A DNA stretch of 35,993 nt from a virus (Duplodnaviria > Heunggongvirae > Uroviricota > Caudoviricetes). The position numbers and the translations under genes are program-made. This document shows, piece after piece, positions 26,110 to 35,582 of the stretch (position 1 is the first letter of the stretch; the number at the start of each line of letters is the position of its first letter). The notes under the pieces were generated by a model. The model was not told the DNA's origin. It did not search any database and saw only the letters and a list, made by a program, of their open reading frames with translations. The stretch covers positions 1-35,993 of IMG/VR virus record IMGVR_UViG_2585427748_000014, one strand, 5' to 3'.

Positions 26110-27438
26110 ATGACGTGGAAAGACAGGCTTCAGGATGCGTCATTTCGAGGTGTGCCGTTTAAGGTTGAAGAAGAAAGTGCGGGAACCGGTCGCCGTGTGG
26201 AAACACATGAATACCCGAACCGCGACAAGCCCTATACCGAAGATCTGGGAAAAGTCACTTTCCGCCCGTCCATCACAGCTTATGTGGTGGGAGATGACTG
26301 CTTTGACCAGCGCGATCGCCTGATTGAAGCGCTGAATAAACCCGGTCCCGGCAAGCTTGTCCACCCGACATATGGTGAGCTGAAAGTCTGTGTTGACGGG
26401 GAAGTTCGGGTCAGCACATCGAAAAGTGAAGGGCGTATTGTCCGCTTTGACCTGAAGTTTGTCGAAGCAGGAGAACTCTCTTACCCCACATCAGGTGCGG
26501 CGACGGCGCAGACGCTGATGTCATCCTGTTCTGCACTGGATGACTGCATCAGTGACAGTTTCAGTGGTTTCAGTATCGATGGCGTGGCGGATTTTGTGCA
26601 GAACGACGTCGTCGGTAATGCCAGCACAATGCTTGGGTATGTTTCTGATGCGATGAAAGTGGTGGATTCTGCCGTATCGGATGCCGCCAGACTGTTGCAG
26701 GGGGATATCTCGGTACTTCTGCCGCCGCCATCGTCAGGCAAAAATTTCGTTGAGCAGGTGCAGAAAATGTGGCGTACCGGGAAGCGCCTTTATGGTAACG
26801 CCAGCGACCTGGTCACCATGATCAAAACGCTTTCCGGTGTCAGCCTCGGCAGCGATCTGCAACCGCGCGGCGTCTGGAAAACGGACAGTAAAACCACCGC
26901 CACGGCTACGCAGCAGCGTAACGTGGTTGCCAGCACCCTTCGTACGACCGCAATCAGCGAAGCGGCGTATGCCGTCACCCGATTGCCTGCGCCAACAACT
27001 TCCGCGGTGATGCAGAATGCCGCAGTGGGGCAGGCAACAACACCTGCGCAGAGCACTGGCTGGCCTTCCGTCACGCATCCGGCACTGAACAATGCACCGG
27101 CGGTGAAAAACACAGTTGACCTGCCGACGTGGGAAGAACTGACTGACATTCGCGACACACTGAATACGGCAATTGATAAGGAGTTGTCCCGTACAACCAG
27201 TGATGCGCTGTTTCTGGCGCTGCGCCGGGTGAAAGCAGATCTGAATGCGGATATCAACACGCGCCTTGAACAGTCTGCACGGATCATTCAGCGCACGCCG
27301 GATGAGGTTTTACCCGCGCTGGTGCTGGCGGCGACCTGGTTTGATAACGCGGCGCGTGACGCGGACATTATCCGGCGTAATGCCATTACGCATCCCGGCT
27401 TTGTGCCGGTGATCCCTCTGAAGGTGCCAGTGCAATGA
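26110..27438 (+). CDS. DNA circularization protein (Mu gpN-like)
   Basis: GGAG Shine-Dalgarno; position after the tape measure gene. Confidence 0.75.
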   Translation: MTWKDRLQDASFRGVPFKVEEESAGTGRRVETHEYPNRDKPYTEDLGKVTFRPSITAYVVGDDCFDQRDRLIEALNKPGPGKLVHPTYGELKVCVDGEVRVSTSKSEGRIVRFDLKFVEAGELSYPTSGAATAQTLMSSCSALDDCISDSFSGFSIDGVADFVQNDVVGNASTMLGYVSDAMKVVDSAVSDAARLLQGDISVLLPPPSSGKNFVEQVQKMWRTGKRLYGNASDLVTMIKTLSGVSLGSDLQPRGVWKTDSKTTATATQQRNVVASTLRTTAISEAAYAVTRLPAPTTSAVMQNAAVGQATTPAQSTGWPSVTHPALNNAPAVKNTVDLPTWEELTDIRDTLNTAIDKELSRTTSDALFLALRRVKADLNADINTRLEQSARIIQRTPDEVLPALVLAATWFDNAARDADIIRRNAITHPGFVPVIPLKVPVQ

Positions 27439-28514
27439 ACGATAACGTCACGCTACGGGTAAATGGCCGGGAGTGGAATGGCTGGACATCGGTGCGCATC
27501 GGTGCCGGTGTTGAACGACTGGCGCGGGATTTCAGTGTGGAGATCCCCCGCCAGTGGCCGGGAGATGATGGTATCACCACGCTTCAGCCGCGCATTAAAA
27601 ATGGTTCAAAAGTGGAAGTGCTGATTGGTGATGAGCTGGTGATCACCGGCTGGGTGGAGGCGACCCCCGTTCGTTACGATGCCCGTTCGGTCAGCACCGG
27701 TATTGCCGGACGTAGTCTGACCGCTGACCTGATTGACTGTGCAGCCGAACCGACACAGTTTAACGGACGATCGCTGGTACAGATTGCGCAGGCGCTTGCT
27801 GCGCCTTTCGGCATTGAGGTGGTGAACAGCGATGCGCCGTCGGGTGTTATTCCGGATGTCCAGCCTGATCACGGTGAAACGGTGATCGAGGTGATCAACA
27901 AAATACTCGGTCAGCAGCAGGCGCTGGCTTATGACGACCCGCACGGCAGGCTGGTGATTGGTGGTATTGGCTCAACGCGGGCACATACCGCGCTGGTACT
28001 TGGGGAAAACATCCTTTCCTGTGATACGGAGAAGAGTATCCGGGAGCGGTTTTCAGTTTACCAGGTGGCGGGGCAGCGTGCCGGAAACGACGATGATTTC
28101 GGTGAGGCCACCACCACCGCGCTGCGGGCCCGCACAGAGGATGCATTTATTGCCCGTTACCGTCCGATGTATATCAGGCAGACAGGGCAGGCTACGGGGG
28201 CAGGCTGTATTGCGCGTGCTGACTTTGAAGCCCGACAACGGGCGGCGCGGACGGATGAAACCACCTATGTGGTGCAGGGCTGGCGACAGGGTAACGGTAC
28301 GCTGTGGCAGCCCAACCAGCGGGTGATTGTCTTCGATCCGGTCTGTGGTTTCGACAATACCGAACTGCTTGTCTCGGAAGTCACGTTTACTCAGGACCAG
28401 AATGGCACCCTGACGGAAATCCGTGTCGGCCCGCCTGATGCTTATCTGCCTGAACCCGAAGATCCCGGCGCGCGGAAAAAGAAAAAAGCCAGAGTACAGG
28501 AGGACCCGTTCTGA
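27435..28514 (+). CDS. Baseplate hub / tail protein (Mu gpP-like)
   Basis: 359 aa; ATGA overlap; conserved Mu-like order. Confidence 0.75.
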   Translation: MNDNVTLRVNGREWNGWTSVRIGAGVERLARDFSVEIPRQWPGDDGITTLQPRIKNGSKVEVLIGDELVITGWVEATPVRYDARSVSTGIAGRSLTADLIDCAAEPTQFNGRSLVQIAQALAAPFGIEVVNSDAPSGVIPDVQPDHGETVIEVINKILGQQQALAYDDPHGRLVIGGIGSTRAHTALVLGENILSCDTEKSIRERFSVYQVAGQRAGNDDDFGEATTTALRARTEDAFIARYRPMYIRQTGQATGAGCIARADFEARQRAARTDETTYVVQGWRQGNGTLWQPNQRVIVFDPVCGFDNTELLVSEVTFTQDQNGTLTEIRVGPPDAYLPEPEDPGARKKKKARVQEDPF

Positions 28515-29062
28515 TGAGGACGATTGAAGCAATGCAGCGACAACTTCTCGGCCTGATTGGGCGGGCAGTGGTGAAAAGCATCAGTGCCGCCACGAAATGT
28601 CAGACCGTGGATGTGTCCCTGATTGCCGGTGAACCCAAAGCCGGGGTTGAACATCTTGAACCCTACGGTTTTACCGCAAGGGCAAACAGCGGTGCGGAAG
28701 CGGTGGTGTTGTTTCCGGATGGCGACCGTTCTCACGCGGTGGTTGTTACGGTGTCGGACCGTCGCTACCGCCTGAAAGGGCTGCAGACGGGTGAGGTGGC
28801 TGTCTATGACGATCAGGGGCAGTCCGTGACGCTGACCCGGGAGGGGATCGTGGTGGACGGTGCAGGTAAAACGATCACGTTTCGCAATTCACCTAAAGCA
28901 CGTTTTGAAATGGACCTTGAAGTGACCGGACAGGTGAAAGACCTGTGCGACTCCGGCGGTACCACCATGTCAGCGATGCAGCTTGCCTATAACGGGCATC
29001 GTCACAGAGAGAACGGTCAGGGCAGTAACACCGACAAACCTGATAAAGCGATGGAGGCATGA
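28514..29062 (+). CDS. Baseplate spike/assembly protein (gpV / Mu gp45-like)
   Basis: 182 aa at the conserved position. Confidence 0.7.
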   Translation: MRTIEAMQRQLLGLIGRAVVKSISAATKCQTVDVSLIAGEPKAGVEHLEPYGFTARANSGAEAVVLFPDGDRSHAVVVTVSDRRYRLKGLQTGEVAVYDDQGQSVTLTREGIVVDGAGKTITFRNSPKARFEMDLEVTGQVKDLCDSGGTTMSAMQLAYNGHRHRENGQGSNTDKPDKAMEA

Positions 29063-29487
29063 TGGAACTGTGGCTGACGGTGAACGGTAAACGCACCTGC
29101 GCCAGCGCACAGCTGGATCCGCTGACCCGCGCCGTGGTGATTTCCCTGTTTACCTGGCGGCGGGCGGAGCCTGATGACAACGCCGACGTCCCGATGGGAT
29201 GGTGGGGGGATACCTGGCCTGCGGTACAGAATGACCGTTACGGCTCCCGACTGTGGCTGCTTCAGCGCAGCAAACTGACCAATCAGCTGGTGCAGACGGT
29301 AAGGGGGTATATCCGCGAATGCCTGCAATGGATGATTGATGACGGCGTGGTGTCCCGTATTGATCTGGATATCCGCCGCACCGGGATTAATGAACTGGGT
29401 AACAGTATCACTCTCTGGCGTCGTGACGGACCGGTAATGATTTCTTTTGATGATCTGTGGAGTGCGATAACGCATGGCGGACAGTGA
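29059..29487 (+). CDS. Baseplate protein (Mu gp46-like)
   Basis: 142 aa; ATGA overlap. Confidence 0.65.
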   Translation: MMELWLTVNGKRTCASAQLDPLTRAVVISLFTWRRAEPDDNADVPMGWWGDTWPAVQNDRYGSRLWLLQRSKLTNQLVQTVRGYIRECLQWMIDDGVVSRIDLDIRRTGINELGNSITLWRRDGPVMISFDDLWSAITHGGQ

Positions 29488-30532
29488 ATTTCAGCGCCCG
29501 ACGCTGGCAGAAAATATCAGTATGCTCCGTAACGATTTATTCGCCAGGCTGGACGTCAGCAACACGCTCCGGCGCATGGATGAAGACGTGCGGGCAAAGG
29601 TGTATGCGGCGGCGCTGCATACGGTTTACGGGTACATCGATTATCTGGCAATGAACATGCTGCCTGACCTGTGCGATGAGTCCTGGCTGGCGCGACATGC
29701 TGCGATGAAACGGTGTCCGCGCAAGGGGGCCACGGCTGCCAGCGGGTATATGCGCTGGGAAGGTGTCAGCGATGGCCTGAAGGTGACCGCCGGGAGTGTT
29801 ATTCAGCGCGATGACCTGGTGCAGTACACGGCAACTGCCGATGCAACCAGCTCCGGTGGTGTCCTGCGCGTGCCGATCGCCTGCTCAAGTGCAGGCGCGG
29901 TCGGTAACGCTGACGACGGTACGTCATTAATCCTGGTCACGCCGGTGAATGGTCTGCCGTCTTCCGGCGTGGCAGATACACTGACAGGTGGATTTGATAC
30001 TGAAGAGCTGGAAACGTGGCGCGCCCGCGTCATTGAGCGGTATTACTGGACGCCTCAGGGCGGGGCTGACGGGGACTATGTCGTCTGGGCTAAAGAAGTG
30101 CCCGGCATTACCCGCGCATGGACATACCGACACTGGATGGGAACGGGGACTGTCGGTGTGATGATTGCCAGCAGTGACCTGATTAATCCCATTCCGGAAG
30201 AATCAACGGAAATGGCGGCAAGACAACATATCGGGCCACTGGCCCCGGTGGCAGGCTCTGATTTGTATGTGTTCAGGCCGGTGGCGCATACGGTGGATTT
30301 TCATATCCGTGTGACGCCGGATACACCAGAAATACGGGCTGCCATCACCGCCGAGTTGCGTTCGTTCCTGCTGCGTGATGGTTATCCGCAGGGAGAACTG
30401 AAGGTGTCGCGTATCAGTGAAGCGATTTCCGGTGCGAACGGGGAATACAGCCATCAGTTGCTTGCACCGGCAGACAATATCTCCATTGCAAAAAATGAAC
30501 TGGCGGTACTGGGGACGATTTCATGGACGTGA
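29474..30532 (+). CDS. Baseplate J-like protein (Mu gp47-like)
   Basis: 352 aa at the conserved position. Confidence 0.8.
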   Translation: MADSEFQRPTLAENISMLRNDLFARLDVSNTLRRMDEDVRAKVYAAALHTVYGYIDYLAMNMLPDLCDESWLARHAAMKRCPRKGATAASGYMRWEGVSDGLKVTAGSVIQRDDLVQYTATADATSSGGVLRVPIACSSAGAVGNADDGTSLILVTPVNGLPSSGVADTLTGGFDTEELETWRARVIERYYWTPQGGADGDYVVWAKEVPGITRAWTYRHWMGTGTVGVMIASSDLINPIPEESTEMAARQHIGPLAPVAGSDLYVFRPVAHTVDFHIRVTPDTPEIRAAITAELRSFLLRDGYPQGELKVSRISEAISGANGEYSHQLLAPADNISIAKNELAVLGTISWT

Positions 30533-31107
30533 CAAACGATGATTACATCCGTCTGTTGTCGGCACTGTTGCCCCCCGGTCCGGCGTGGTCAGCCAGCGAT
30601 CCGGCGATTGCCGGTGCGGCACCGTCATTAACCCGCGTTCATCAGCGTGCGGATGCCCTGATGCGGGAGCTGGATCCGCGCACCACCACTGAACTGATAA
30701 ACCGCTGGGAGCGTCTGTGCGGCCTGCCGGATGAATGTATTCCTACAGGGACACAGACCCTTCGCCAGCGTCAGCAACGGCTGGATGCGAAGATTAATCT
30801 GGCGGGCGGCATTAATGAGGATTTTTACCTTGCACAGCTTGCTGCCCTGGGCAGACCAGACGCCACCATCACGCGATACGATAAAAGCACGTTCACCTGC
30901 TCATCTGCCTGTACTGACGCGGTGAATGCGCCGGAATGGCGGTATTACTGGCAGGTCAACATGCCAGCCGCCACCAACACCACCTGGATGACATGTGGCG
31001 ATCCCTGTGATTCCGCACTGCGTATCTGGGGCGACACCGTTGTCGAGTGTGTGCTTAACAAACTCTGCCCTTCGCATACCTACGTAATTTTTAAATATCC
31101 GGAGTAA
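30523..31107 (+). CDS. Tail protein (Mu gp48-like, YmfQ/DUF2313 family)
   Basis: 194 aa between baseplate J and the tail fibre. Confidence 0.7.
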   Translation: MDVTNDDYIRLLSALLPPGPAWSASDPAIAGAAPSLTRVHQRADALMRELDPRTTTELINRWERLCGLPDECIPTGTQTLRQRQQRLDAKINLAGGINEDFYLAQLAALGRPDATITRYDKSTFTCSSACTDAVNAPEWRYYWQVNMPAATNTTWMTCGDPCDSALRIWGDTVVECVLNKLCPSHTYVIFKYPE

Positions 31108-31110
31108 TCC

Positions 31111-32211
31111 ATGCATCGTATAGACACGAAAACCGCGCAGAAGGATAAGTTCGGCGCGGGTAAGAACGGTTTTACCCGTGGTAACCCCCAGACCGGCACG
31201 CCTGCCACCGATCTGGATGATGACTACTTTGACATGTTGCAGGAAGAACTCTGCAGCGTGGTGGAGGCATCCGGTGCCAGCCTGGAGAAGGGGCGGCACG
31301 ATCAGCTTCTTACCGCGCTTCGTGCGCTGCTGTTAAGCCGCAAGAATCCGTTTGGCGATATCAAATCGGATGGCACTGTGCAAACGGCTCTCGAAAACCT
31401 GGGAATGACAGACATTCTGAATGATAAACAGGATAAAAATGATAATCTGACATCATTGTCGAGCTTAACAGGAATACCGGATGGGCTGGCATTTTTTACA
31501 GGTGCTGGAACAATGGATATGACAGCGCTGACTCAAAATGGTAGGGAAATTTTAAGTAAAAAAAACGTATCGGAAACTCTACAATATTTAACACTTGGTG
31601 ATGGAACAGGAAGGCTTTTGGGGGTTCAGGTATTTGGATCATCTGGGACTTATCACAAATCACCTGGTGTAACGAAAATTATAGTGGAAGCCGTTGGCGG
31701 TGGTGGTGCCAGTGGCAATTTATCAGCAACAGCCTCAAATAACTGTGGTGTAAGTGCTGCCGGTTCCAACGGGGCATATGCTAAAGCATTTTTTTATCAG
31801 TCTATACCTGAATCCGTGCAAGTAACTATTGGAAGCGGTGGTGTAGCAGGAACAGGACCAGGAGGCTCTGGAGGTGACGGCGGGAATACAAGCTTTGGTG
31901 ATTTGCTTGTATGCCCGGGAGGAAGGGGATCAACTCAAGTTCAGCAGGTACCTCCATTTTCAGGGGGAAGTGCAACAGAAGCACCAATTCCTACAGGGCA
32001 AGGGATTCTGTTCCATTCAGTTTCACGATCAAATTTATGTGGGGCACTTGGACTTGGTGATGATCAGGCGATTGGCGTTGAAAGTATAACCACTACTATG
32101 CTTGGGACATACGGTATTGGCGGGACAGGGAAATACAATAAGGCGTCATCAGGCCCAGCGACAGGAAATAATGGAAATCAGGGATATATTCTTGTGTGGG
32201 AGTATCAGTAA
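31111..32211 (+). CDS. Tail fibre protein (conserved N-terminus, divergent Gly-rich A+T-rich C-terminal domain)
   Basis: N-terminus [47 protein letters not shown] typical of fibre N-termini; composition changes at about 31380. Confidence 0.8.
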   Translation: MHRIDTKTAQKDKFGAGKNGFTRGNPQTGTPATDLDDDYFDMLQEELCSVVEASGASLEKGRHDQLLTALRALLLSRKNPFGDIKSDGTVQTALENLGMTDILNDKQDKNDNLTSLSSLTGIPDGLAFFTGAGTMDMTALTQNGREILSKKNVSETLQYLTLGDGTGRLLGVQVFGSSGTYHKSPGVTKIIVEAVGGGGASGNLSATASNNCGVSAAGSNGAYAKAFFYQSIPESVQVTIGSGGVAGTGPGGSGGDGGNTSFGDLLVCPGGRGSTQVQQVPPFSGGSATEAPIPTGQGILFHSVSRSNLCGALGLGDDQAIGVESITTTMLGTYGIGGTGKYNKASSGPATGNNGNQGYILVWEYQ

Positions 32212-32390
32212 TGAGCGATATTTATGCAGTCGTACAAAATGGTGTCGTTACAAATCTTGTTGTATGGGATGGTAAGTCAGAGTTTAAGCCAGAAAAAGCG
32301 GATATAGTTAAATGTGTTGGAGATGTTGGTATTGGCTGGTCATATGACGGTAAAAAATTCATCAAGCCTGAAGATAAAACCGCGCAATAG
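32211..32390 (+). CDS. Small hypothetical protein downstream of the fibre (possible fibre chaperone)
   Basis: TAATG overlap with the fibre stop; GGGAG upstream; A+T-rich like the fibre C-terminus. Confidence 0.35.
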   Translation: MSDIYAVVQNGVVTNLVVWDGKSEFKPEKADIVKCVGDVGIGWSYDGKKFIKPEDKTAQ

Positions 32391-32410
32391 CGCGGTTTTA
32401 TTTATTTTAC
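32376..32410. terminator. Bidirectional rho-independent terminator between convergent genes (ACCGCGC-AATA-GCGCGGT flanked by A- and T-runs)
   Basis: Perfect 7-bp GC stem with an A tract upstream and a T tract downstream. Confidence 0.75.
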
Positions 32411-33421
32411 TGCTAAAATTCGTTTTCTTAGCATCAGCTCTAAAGGCTCCTCAACTAATTTATAAAGTATGATTGAGACTATGGTTATTATAACAAGGAG
32501 CGCTATTAAATAGAGTGGTCCGGGGTTATGTCCAAAGATTTTAAAGCAAAATAATATAATGGGTTGATGAATTAAATAAAAAATAAATGATGATTTCCCT
32601 AATAGCTCTAGGGTTTTTGAACTGAGGATAGTATGAATGACTCCATTTCTTAGATAGATGCATGAAGTAAAGAATATTACCATGGGGAGTAAATAATATA
32701 ACGAATAACGTAGACTATTATTTATGTTGTTGCTATAATATATAGCTATTAGCAGAGGTAATAGTGAAATTAAAAACAAAAGGCTGTCGACTGTCTGCTG
32801 TCGGCTGTTTTTCCAGCAAGCGTAAATAATCATGCCGCAAATAAATTCTACCAAGCGGCTTACTGGGAATATATAATATAACCAGTGATTAAGTTCTTCT
32901 GTTTGTATAATTTTTAAAAAATATATAGTTAATAGTAGAGTTATAATTGATATTGCAGTGATTACTTTCTTTGTAATTGATGTATAAATCAACGGAATAA
33001 ACATTAAATAAAAAAACAGCTCATCAGACAAAGACCATGATACACCATTTAATGAGAAGTAGTAATCCTCCTTTGGTATCCAACTTTGCATTAATAAAAT
33101 ATTTGTTAAGGTTTTTGAAAAATCAAAGTTCTTTAAGTGAATGGTTAGTAAAATAAATGGCATGGCTAATAATAGATGCATTGGAACAATTCTTGCCAAT
33201 CTTAAAAGAATAAACTGTCTTTTACTTGTTACTTCATTTTTTAGCTTGTCTTCATATGAATATGAAAGAATGAAGCCAGATAAAATAAAGAAAAAGGAAA
33301 CGCCAATAAATCCCTGGGAAAACATTTCTTTTACAAAAACACCAAAATAGTCTGTATTTAAATGGCATAAATAAACCATTAATGCAGCTATAAATCTGAG
33401 TCCTGTTAAGTGGCGAAGCAT
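32402..33421 (-). CDS. Acyltransferase family 3 membrane protein (O-antigen acetyltransferase-like conversion gene)
   Basis: ATG at 33421 with AGAGG Shine-Dalgarno; N-terminal motif RHLTGLRFIAALMVYLCH typical of acyltransferase-3; about 10 predicted TM helices; A+T-rich. Confidence 0.8.
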   Translation of the reverse strand: MLRHLTGLRFIAALMVYLCHLNTDYFGVFVKEMFSQGFIGVSFFFILSGFILSYSYEDKLKNEVTSKRQFILLRLARIVPMHLLLAMPFILLTIHLKNFDFSKTLTNILLMQSWIPKEDYYFSLNGVSWSLSDELFFYLMFIPLIYTSITKKVITAISIITLLLTIYFLKIIQTEELNHWLYYIFPVSRLVEFICGMIIYACWKNSRQQTVDSLLFLISLLPLLIAIYYSNNINNSLRYSLYYLLPMVIFFTSCIYLRNGVIHTILSSKTLELLGKSSFIFYLIHQPIILFCFKIFGHNPGPLYLIALLVIITIVSIILYKLVEEPLELMLRKRILAVK

Positions 33422-34156
33422 CAATAACCTCTTGTTATGAAGATAAAGCAATTCAAAAGAGGCATTTTATGACTGTAGGGGATTGGTGTCTATATGAATG
33501 AGTAATCTGGTTTTTAAAATCTTCTTTAATTACAAAATAAACCTTTCTTAGGCTATAGATTTGTGGCTGTAACACTGTGTGTCCACGACATTGAGACATC
33601 CTTCCGCTTTGCTATAGATGTGGAATTCAGGATCAAGCGATATCGGACTCATCCTCAGCACCACCCGGTTAATCTGGATAACGGGAGAAGGGAAGCGCTG
33701 CCAGAAGATGATGATGGTTACAGTTCTGCACTGGCTATTCTGCACTGGCTATATTCGTGGTGATCACTTACATAATTAATGACGCCAGGAATACGGAGTT
33801 TGATGATTGCCTGGTGATGTGAGAAAAAACTCATACACACAAAGCTTTGCACTGGATTGCAAGGCTTTGTGCTATTCGATAGCACGAGTTTGAATGAAAA
33901 TCAGCCGTTATCGATTTTACGTATTTTTGTATGAGAGGATTTTTACCTCCTCCCACCGATCCTCCATAACTTTACGACACTGTCTCTAGGACTGCTATGT
34001 GCCAAGAGCGGAATTTTCTAATATTATGCTGCATTCGTTTAAGGGGAGCAGATCAGCTAACGACTCCTACGTCCTGGGGAAAGGTCACATATGCTAAACA
34101 GCAGCTCAGCAAAGAGAAGAGCGAATTTGGTAACGGGAAACCGTTATGATATGAAT

Positions 34157-34185
34157 AAGGCTCCCAATGGGAGCCTTATTTTTTG
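34157..34185. terminator. Hairpin plus T-run terminator (AAGGCTCCC-AAT-GGGAGCCTT, then TTTTTT), possibly bidirectional
   Basis: Perfect stem followed by U tract on the + strand; lies just 3' of the minus-strand small gene. Confidence 0.6.
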
Positions 34186-34201
34186 ATAGGGATGATGAAT
34201 A

Positions 34202-34375
34202 TTATCCGAGGCTTACTGGCTTTACACCTTTCTTCGGCCCGACCATATCCATGTCTTTTTCCTTCTGACCAACTTTGGCAAGTTTGTTGCCGTCGATGGA
34301 AGCCCAGAAGTCGAGAGAGCGTCTTGCACTAGCCATAGCTTTATCAGAAGTGATTTTTTTATGTTGTTTGATCAT
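34202..34375 (-). CDS. Small Lys-rich hypothetical protein (57 aa)
   Basis: AAGAGG upstream of ATG 34373-34375; below the ORF-track length cutoff; downstream of the 190-aa gene on the same strand. Confidence 0.4.
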   Translation of the reverse strand: MIKQHKKITSDKAMASARRSLDFWASIDGNKLAKVGQKEKDMDMVGPKKGVKPVSLG

Positions 34376-34465
34376 GGTTAACCTCTTTGGCTATAGACTT
34401 TACGGATAATTTTATAACAAATGCGTTCATTAAACAAACAGCCCATCGACTGCTGATTGAGATTG

Positions 34466-35038
34466 TCATTCTTCAACTGGGTCAATGCCATTCACTTTCC
34501 GTCGTATGGTGTCGAGGATGTCGTGCACATCTGCAGACATCTTACTGTGGTCATGCCATACTTGGGCAAATCCGTAGCTCCTGTAACGCGGTTGTGCATC
34601 TTCAGTAGGATCTTGAATATAAACGTCGTCAAGCTCCGCGATCTGGCAGAAGGTAGTCGCGTAAATAAGTGCGATGATCAACACATTGCCTGTTAGGTCG
34701 GTATCCTCATCTGAAATGAAGTTTTCTAACATGCAAATTGAGAATTGCTCACGGCGCCAGTCGTATTTACAAATGATAACCGCATGAAGCTGTTCGGGCT
34801 CATCACGGTCGATCAGCTTTAACGTTATATCCAGTATTCCATCTACAGCGTCACCGCGATAGGTCTGCATCGCCCATCGCCAGTCCAAGTGGCTTTGTAA
34901 ACTTGCATCTTCAAGCTGGCGTCTCTCTTCATCGCTCAAAACGCCTACAGAGATATTAGTCCATCCAAGTGATTCAATAGCTTTTTGTGTTGTTGCTAGA
35001 CATTGATCATGTATTTGCTGAGTAGATAGGAAGCTCAC
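34466..35038 (-). CDS. Hypothetical acidic protein (190 aa), GTG start, att-proximal cargo
   Basis: AAGGA 9 nt upstream of GTG; no recognisable family. Confidence 0.45.
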   Translation of the reverse strand: MSFLSTQQIHDQCLATTQKAIESLGWTNISVGVLSDEERRQLEDASLQSHLDWRWAMQTYRGDAVDGILDITLKLIDRDEPEQLHAVIICKYDWRREQFSICMLENFISDEDTDLTGNVLIIALIYATTFCQIAELDDVYIQDPTEDAQPRYRSYGFAQVWHDHSKMSADVHDILDTIRRKVNGIDPVEE

Positions 35039-35410
35039 TTCATGTCATCCTTTATCTTTTGTCCCACAGCAATTATATCGTTCAAGTGTGAAAGTAGGCG
35101 AGTTATTCTGACCTACGCCTCTCGCTATACGTGGTTTTAGAGGGCTGACATGACTGTTCCCAGCTGATTGCCACACGGCATTGTTCGCAAGATTTATGTC
35201 GACTCAATTATGAACGTCTGCTGATCGCTCATAACAGGCATTCACTACATTTATCTTCATTGGCTATGCAAGTCGTAATACAAGTTGGGACAAAACTGAG
35301 ACACATAAGGCCTCACAATGGCTTGCAAGGCTTTACATGTTTTGATGTGATGGGACGTGTGAGCGCAGTGTTGATGGGGTAATGCTTTGAATTAGAAACG
35401 GATTCTTATA

Positions 35411-35456
35411 ATTCGTAATGCGAAGGTCGTAGGTTCGACTCCTATTATCGGCACCA
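35411..35456 (+). other. attR core: 3' fragment of a tRNA-Thr gene (anticodon loop through CCA), not a complete tRNA
   Basis: ATTCGTAATGCGAAGGTCGTAGGTTCGACTCCTATTATCGGCACCA contains a T-arm (GGTTCGACTCC), acceptor 3' strand and CCA; the 5' half of the tRNA is absent. Confidence 0.75.
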
Positions 35457-35582
35457 TTAAAATCAAAGAGTTACCCCATATTTAAATACACCACGTTTCC
35501 TCCTGTGCCGTATTTGTGCCATTGTAACCTTGGCAATTCATCAAAATACTGTTCTGACATCAGGCAGTGCAGGTGCAGACAT

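Larger units (their letters stand above)
1..35456. mobile_element. Lambdoid prophage (left end outside the window; right end at attR in a tRNA-Thr fragment); HK97-like head with Mu-like contractile tail
   Basis: Contiguous phage gene order: immunity, replication, Nin-like, Q, lysis, packaging, head, tail, fibre, conversion gene, then a partial tRNA 3' end. Confidence 0.85.

Noticed and set aside
33563-33763. 66-aa + strand ORF and the overlapping 65-aa minus-strand ORF
   Set aside because: No ribosome-binding sites and implausible composition; more likely translations of a decayed or non-coding segment.
33855-35330. 11-bp repeat TTGCAAGGCTTT at about 33860 and about 35313, considered as cassette-bounding direct repeats
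   Set aside because: A single 11-mer match across roughly 1.5 kb is within chance expectation and has no flanking similarity.
35411-35456. Complete tRNA gene
   Set aside because: Only the 3' portion is present; the D-arm and 5' acceptor strand are missing, so this is an att-site remnant.
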